Assembly: GCA_946965045.2 (NCBI GenBank)
Contig: OX337228.1
Location: 310,001-374,000 of the forward strand
DNA: 64,000 nucleotides
Source: Epithemia pelagica
Taxonomy: Eukaryota > Protista > Bacillariophyta
Direction: 5' to 3'
Positions 60,196 to 64,000 of the stretch are shown piece after piece. Below the pieces are notes generated by a model. It searched no databases. It was given only the letters and a program-made list of their open reading frames with translations, and was not told the origin of the DNA. A program made the position numbers and the translations under genes. The first letter of the stretch is position 1; the number at the start of each line of letters is the position of its first letter.

Positions 60196-61365
60196 TCACA
60201 TTTCCTTCAAACATGGACATGTCCCATTTTTACCCAACAACAAATTGCGAAAGACGACCGAGTTCTTGTCCATCAATGACAGTTTTTCACTGGAACTCTC
60301 CAGCCCACCAGATATACAAACGATACCGGTCGACAGAGTAACCATGGTGTGAGCTACGCGTATGCCAGTCATTTCTGGAACCATTTTCCACACTTTGTTG
60401 CGTTTTGTGTCCATTACTTCAACAGACCACACGCATTCGGCAAGGAGTAAAGGGTCAGTTGTGAGTTCAGTAATACGGGGAAGACCTCCCGATACAACCA
60501 AGCATGATCCCACTCGAACCACAGCATGCCCCCAGCGAGGTAGAATCGAGGACAAGTCCTCATGTATCATCCATGCCGAAGAAGGCTGGACCACCAGTGT
60601 TGCTTTGTTGCTTGTCAGTTCACCGCTTGAATCACTCAATTTCAAGTACTCGACTGATTTCAAGGCTTCTGCTTCCAAGTCGCGAGATAGACCACCAACA
60701 ACATAAATACACGAACCAATCACAGTCATTCCAAAAAGACGACGAGGCACTTTGAGGGGTGGACCTGGCAAGACATGTGGTTGACTTTCTTGCATAGAGT
60801 CAATTATTTCGACGGATGCCAAAACTTCCATATTCACACCCCATCCACCAGCCACAACAATATACCTGTTGTGAATCGTGTCAGCGCAACAGCAGTCTCT
60901 CGCTTCGGACAATTGACATGTCAGTGATTCCCATAGGTTCTCCTTATCACGATTCCTTTGTGCGAGGAGATCAATGATATCAATGCGTTCAATGGTCTTC
61001 AAGACGGAACGACGGTCATTTCGTCCACCAATAGCGTACAAGCTGCCATTGCAGATTACCGCAGCGAGAGACTGTCTCGTTTCATTCATAGCTGGCCCCT
61101 CAATCCACTTTCTGCAGCTAGTAGATTGTTCAGCAGTATTCCTAAGGAGGAGCACTGAATTGTTGGCAATATCTTCTTGGTTTCTGCCTCCTACTACCAC
61201 AGCAATTTGTTCCTTGTTGTTGTTTGGAGGATGCACGACAACAGAGGCATGCTCATACCGCTCAAGGGGAGGCCAGTCTTGGTCATTTCTGGTCCATAAT
61301 GGTGGTTCTTGTTCATTACTGCCCAACACGAGGCCGGACAAGCGCGCTTGTTCTCTCGCATCCAT
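60196..61365 (-). CDS. Kelch-repeat protein K8
   Basis: 389-aa ORF from MDAREQARLSG with an insertion in the blade-5 loop (GGLPRITELTTDPLLLAECVWSV). Confidence 0.9.
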   Translation of the reverse strand: MDAREQARLSGLVLGSNEQEPPLWTRNDQDWPPLERYEHASVVVHPPNNNKEQIAVVVGGRNQEDIANNSVLLLRNTAEQSTSCRKWIEGPAMNETRQSLAAVICNGSLYAIGGRNDRRSVLKTIERIDIIDLLAQRNRDKENLWESLTCQLSEARDCCCADTIHNRYIVVAGGWGVNMEVLASVEIIDSMQESQPHVLPGPPLKVPRRLFGMTVIGSCIYVVGGLSRDLEAEALKSVEYLKLSDSSGELTSNKATLVVQPSSAWMIHEDLSSILPRWGHAVVRVGSCLVVSGGLPRITELTTDPLLLAECVWSVEVMDTKRNKVWKMVPEMTGIRVAHTMVTLSTGIVCISGGLESSSEKLSLMDKNSVVFRNLLLGKNGTCPCLKEM

Positions 61366-61676
61366 TTTGTATTCCAATTCCAAGACGAAACAATGGGGAC
61401 CGTGGTTTTGTGGTGACAAGAGCTGTGTTTTGAGGTTTTCGAGGGAAGGGTGATCGTTGTCGCCAGGAGGACTTCGTTGTGCGACCAAAAGCGCGAGAGC
61501 GCGTCAACCTGCACCAGATGCTTGCGTGCGGCAAAGACCAAAAGGGCAAGCGCGACAAGACCCCGTAAGGTAGAGATTTTCCCCAACCAGAATCCCAACC
61601 ATTCTTCCCAAAAAGACGACGCTGGGCATTCCCCCATATTATTATATCGCCACAAGAACGATCCAATCCTTGTACA

Positions 61677-62554
61677 ATGCATCCAACAACACCAACAAGG
61701 ACGATATGGAGCCGGTTCCTGGAACCACTATTCCTAGTATTCGGACAAGGACGACAAAGACAACGACGACGAACGGTTGTGGCATGGATCTTGATTGTCT
61801 GTCTGGTCTTTTTGAATCTTCTGCACCAAGAATTACATACGGCGCCGACATTTTCCATCGATAGTATGCAGTCTATCAATATTACCAACACCACATCAAC
61901 ACCTACCACAACTCGTAACAAAGACATGGAGGAGGAGCATACCACAGCTCCACAAGAATTCCTCCAGCAACAAGCACCGCCACCAGAATTGGGAACACCA
62001 GGCGATCCTCCCTGTCGAGTGGCTGTGGAAAACAAAATGGATTATCATTACGAAGTCATCGAAAGTACCATTTTGAAATATCCCATTCCCTGGTATCGTC
62101 TCAATTGCAGTACGTCGACCGTTATTGTCTTTGATGTCGCCTTGGCCGAAAACCACTACTTTTACCTCGGCGCAACCGAAACAGGCACCAGTTTGTCCAA
62201 GTCCAGTTATGTGCGATATTTCAATACAGTCTTGTCGGGGACGATTCGACGTCGATCCGATGGCACACGGGCGCAATTTGGTCGCGTGGTCCAGTATTCC
62301 CACTATTACCGACATCCCGAACAGTACAATTATCATGCCTTTATTGGGGTGAGTTGCGATTCGTACAAGTTTCAACCGTGGTTGCAAAATCGACCCCGAC
62401 GACATTACTGTGTCTTGCATGGAACCTGTCCCTCCTGTACCCCGCAACAACTGGAAACGGGTCAAGTGTGTTGGGTCACACCCTTGATGCACCCCGCCCG
62501 TCATTTCCTCCCCTCTGATTTGCCCCAATTTGATGCCAACAATCACAATGCCAT
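61677..62554 (+). pseudogene. Glycosyltransferase-like copy GT4, 3'-truncated by an insertion at ~62555
   Basis: Has the N-tail, TM helix, stalk and ELGTPGDPPC...DLPQFD. Homology stops at ~NNHNAI, and the ~200-aa C-terminal part is not present in the window. Confidence 0.8.
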
Positions 62555-64000
62555 TGTCGTCGGCTACCTTTATCACTCGTCGTCCTACCCTTCCCCACTC
62601 ACTGAGCACTCACTGAGGAGTAAGTCACTCCCCACACTCCCACTACCTAAGCCCCAAAAATTACTGTACTTCGATTTTTTATTCTAGTGTTGTGTAGGAG
62701 TTCCCATTGTGTTGGTGCATGCTGCTGTGTTATGTGTTGTCTTGTGTCGCTCGTGGTCGGGTCGCGAGAGGAGTGGGGGATGGAAGATCTAAGTATTCTG
62801 TCACACTATTTATGCAACAAGCACGCCTCGGAGTTTGATTGGCATCCAATAATTGTGAGACAAATGATACTTGGACATAAAGCGTTATAAATCATCCGAT
62901 ATAATCGGATGAGGTCACTTATGTGACGCAGTTATTTAAAAACAATTAAGATTACCTAGTGCCCTATCGAAAGTAGGGCACGCTCAATTGTATAAAACTA
63001 ATTAGGCTCACGACTACTAAGTATCCATTCAGAGAACCGATCACTTAGGAAGACGAAAATTACCTAAGGTGCGCTGGCACGACTCCTCGTGACAAAGGAA
63101 GCTAACATACTCTAATAGCCCCGGGGGACTCCTCGTCGCAGGGCGCTCCTCGTGGCTTAACTCCTCGTCGGGCAATAGCTTCTCGTCGTGGACTGCCCCC
63201 TCGATCCGCTTATGCGGATCTCACAGGGGCAGTCCACTCCTCGTCGCTATTGCCCTTCTCGGAGTCTTGCCACTCCTCACACCCTAGCTCCTCCTCGTCC
63301 ACCCTCAGCTATTAAAGTAGACTTACTACCTTCACCACTCGTCGTCGTACCTTTCCCAAAACGCTACCCACACTACATAAGCCCTAAAAATTACTGTACT
63401 TGGATTTTTATTTTAGTGTATAAAATTAGAATAGCCCAAAATGAAAAAGTAGTACACCCAGGAAAGTAGTACACCCAGAAAAGTAGTACACCCAGGAAAT
63501 CCACAGGGAGAGAATACGGGAAAGAGCACAAAGCGAACAAGAGGTGCACCAACGGAAAAAAGAAGAGCACAACAAACAAACACCACACGAATCAAGCAGC
63601 AAGCACCAGCAACAGCAACGGAAACACAGAGACCAAAAAACAATAATCAAAATGTAGGCAATAATTGAAACACGACACAGACGAGTTTTCACACGACACG
63701 GAAAATTCAGTAGCAAAGAGATGCACCACGAAATTTCATGCCAAGACAGAATTACAAAAATCGTGAACGTGTGAGAAACTGGTACGTAACGTGGAGTGGA
63801 ACGCGGAACAAGTGTCATCATCTAATTCTCACGTACCTTTCGAGACGTCAAGCTAGAGACCACCACCCAAATGGTCATGCAAAGAGCAATAGCGACATCA
63901 ATCTGTCAAAAAGAGTGAATAAAGGGGTAAGAACAATGATACAGCAATCAACAAGAATGCAACAACAACAGCAAACGTACCGAATACTATGGTACTTCAA
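62555..64000. mobile_element. Unidentified inserted element (non-coding terminal region, runs off window end)
   Basis: Abrupt loss of GT homology. Degenerate direct repeats at 62564-62690 and 63326-63419, hairpins at 62885-63070 and a rod-like fold at 63113-63314. No diagnostic ORF. Confidence 0.55.
63446..63496. repeat. 17-bp tandem repeat x3 (AAAGTAGTACACCCAGR)
   Basis: Directly visible in the sequence. Confidence 0.95.

Noticed and set aside
62870-63320. Hammerhead ribozyme or group I intron
   Set aside because: There is no CUGANGA...GAAA core on either strand. GCTCACGACTAC resembles the group I R element, but no matching S/P7 partner was found.
63446-63496. CRISPR-like or telomeric interpretation of the 17-bp repeats
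   Set aside because: There are no spacers, the context is eukaryotic and the unit is not TTAGGG-like. It is a simple minisatellite.
62555-63698. Single ~1.1-kb LTR bounded by TGTCG...CGACA
   Set aside because: No PBS or PPT lies next to the candidate ends at 63677 or 63698, so it is unresolved without the next window.
1-64000. rRNA or tRNA genes
   Set aside because: None were seen. The tRNA-like matches are only the 13-16-nt PBS segments.

Overview
Eukaryotic nuclear DNA, most likely from a raphid pennate diatom. This is inferred from short GT-AG introns, CAA/TTG low-complexity tracts, diatom-type LRR C-termini and CoDi-like Ty1/copia elements. The window is a fast-evolving patchwork of segmental duplications. 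1-14.8 kb: a tandem block with two intact MND1 genes and several mosaic copies of a type II membrane, glycosyltransferase-like gene, plus a Tourist-like MITE, a 5'-truncated UBX fragment and, at 15 kb, a METTL21-like methyltransferase. 16-61 kb: eight Kelch-only beta-propeller paralogues (K1-K5 on +, K6-K8 on -) flank a TLC-domain gene and an RNI-like LRR gene. The paralogues are hypervariable in the predicted binding-face loops and look mosaic. K7 is split by three very recent insertions: a copia (41059-54384), a second copia nested in its gag (47085-53968) and an intact PIF/Harbinger (54460-57606). Removing all three restores an open 380-aa ORF. Both copias show unusual biology. Each has gag and pol in the same frame separated by one UGA. 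Their primer-binding sites match internal tRNA fragments (the D-arm of tRNA-iMet and the anticodon arm of a tRNA-Ile). Their target-site duplications are 6 bp and 4 bp, and the inner element has TA...TA LTR ends. The last 1.45 kb is an unidentified insertion that truncates a glycosyltransferase-like copy. It carries a ~200-nt rod-like fold with a repeated internal-loop motif, a hairpin cluster and degenerate direct repeats. All alignments and counts were done by eye; no database search was run.
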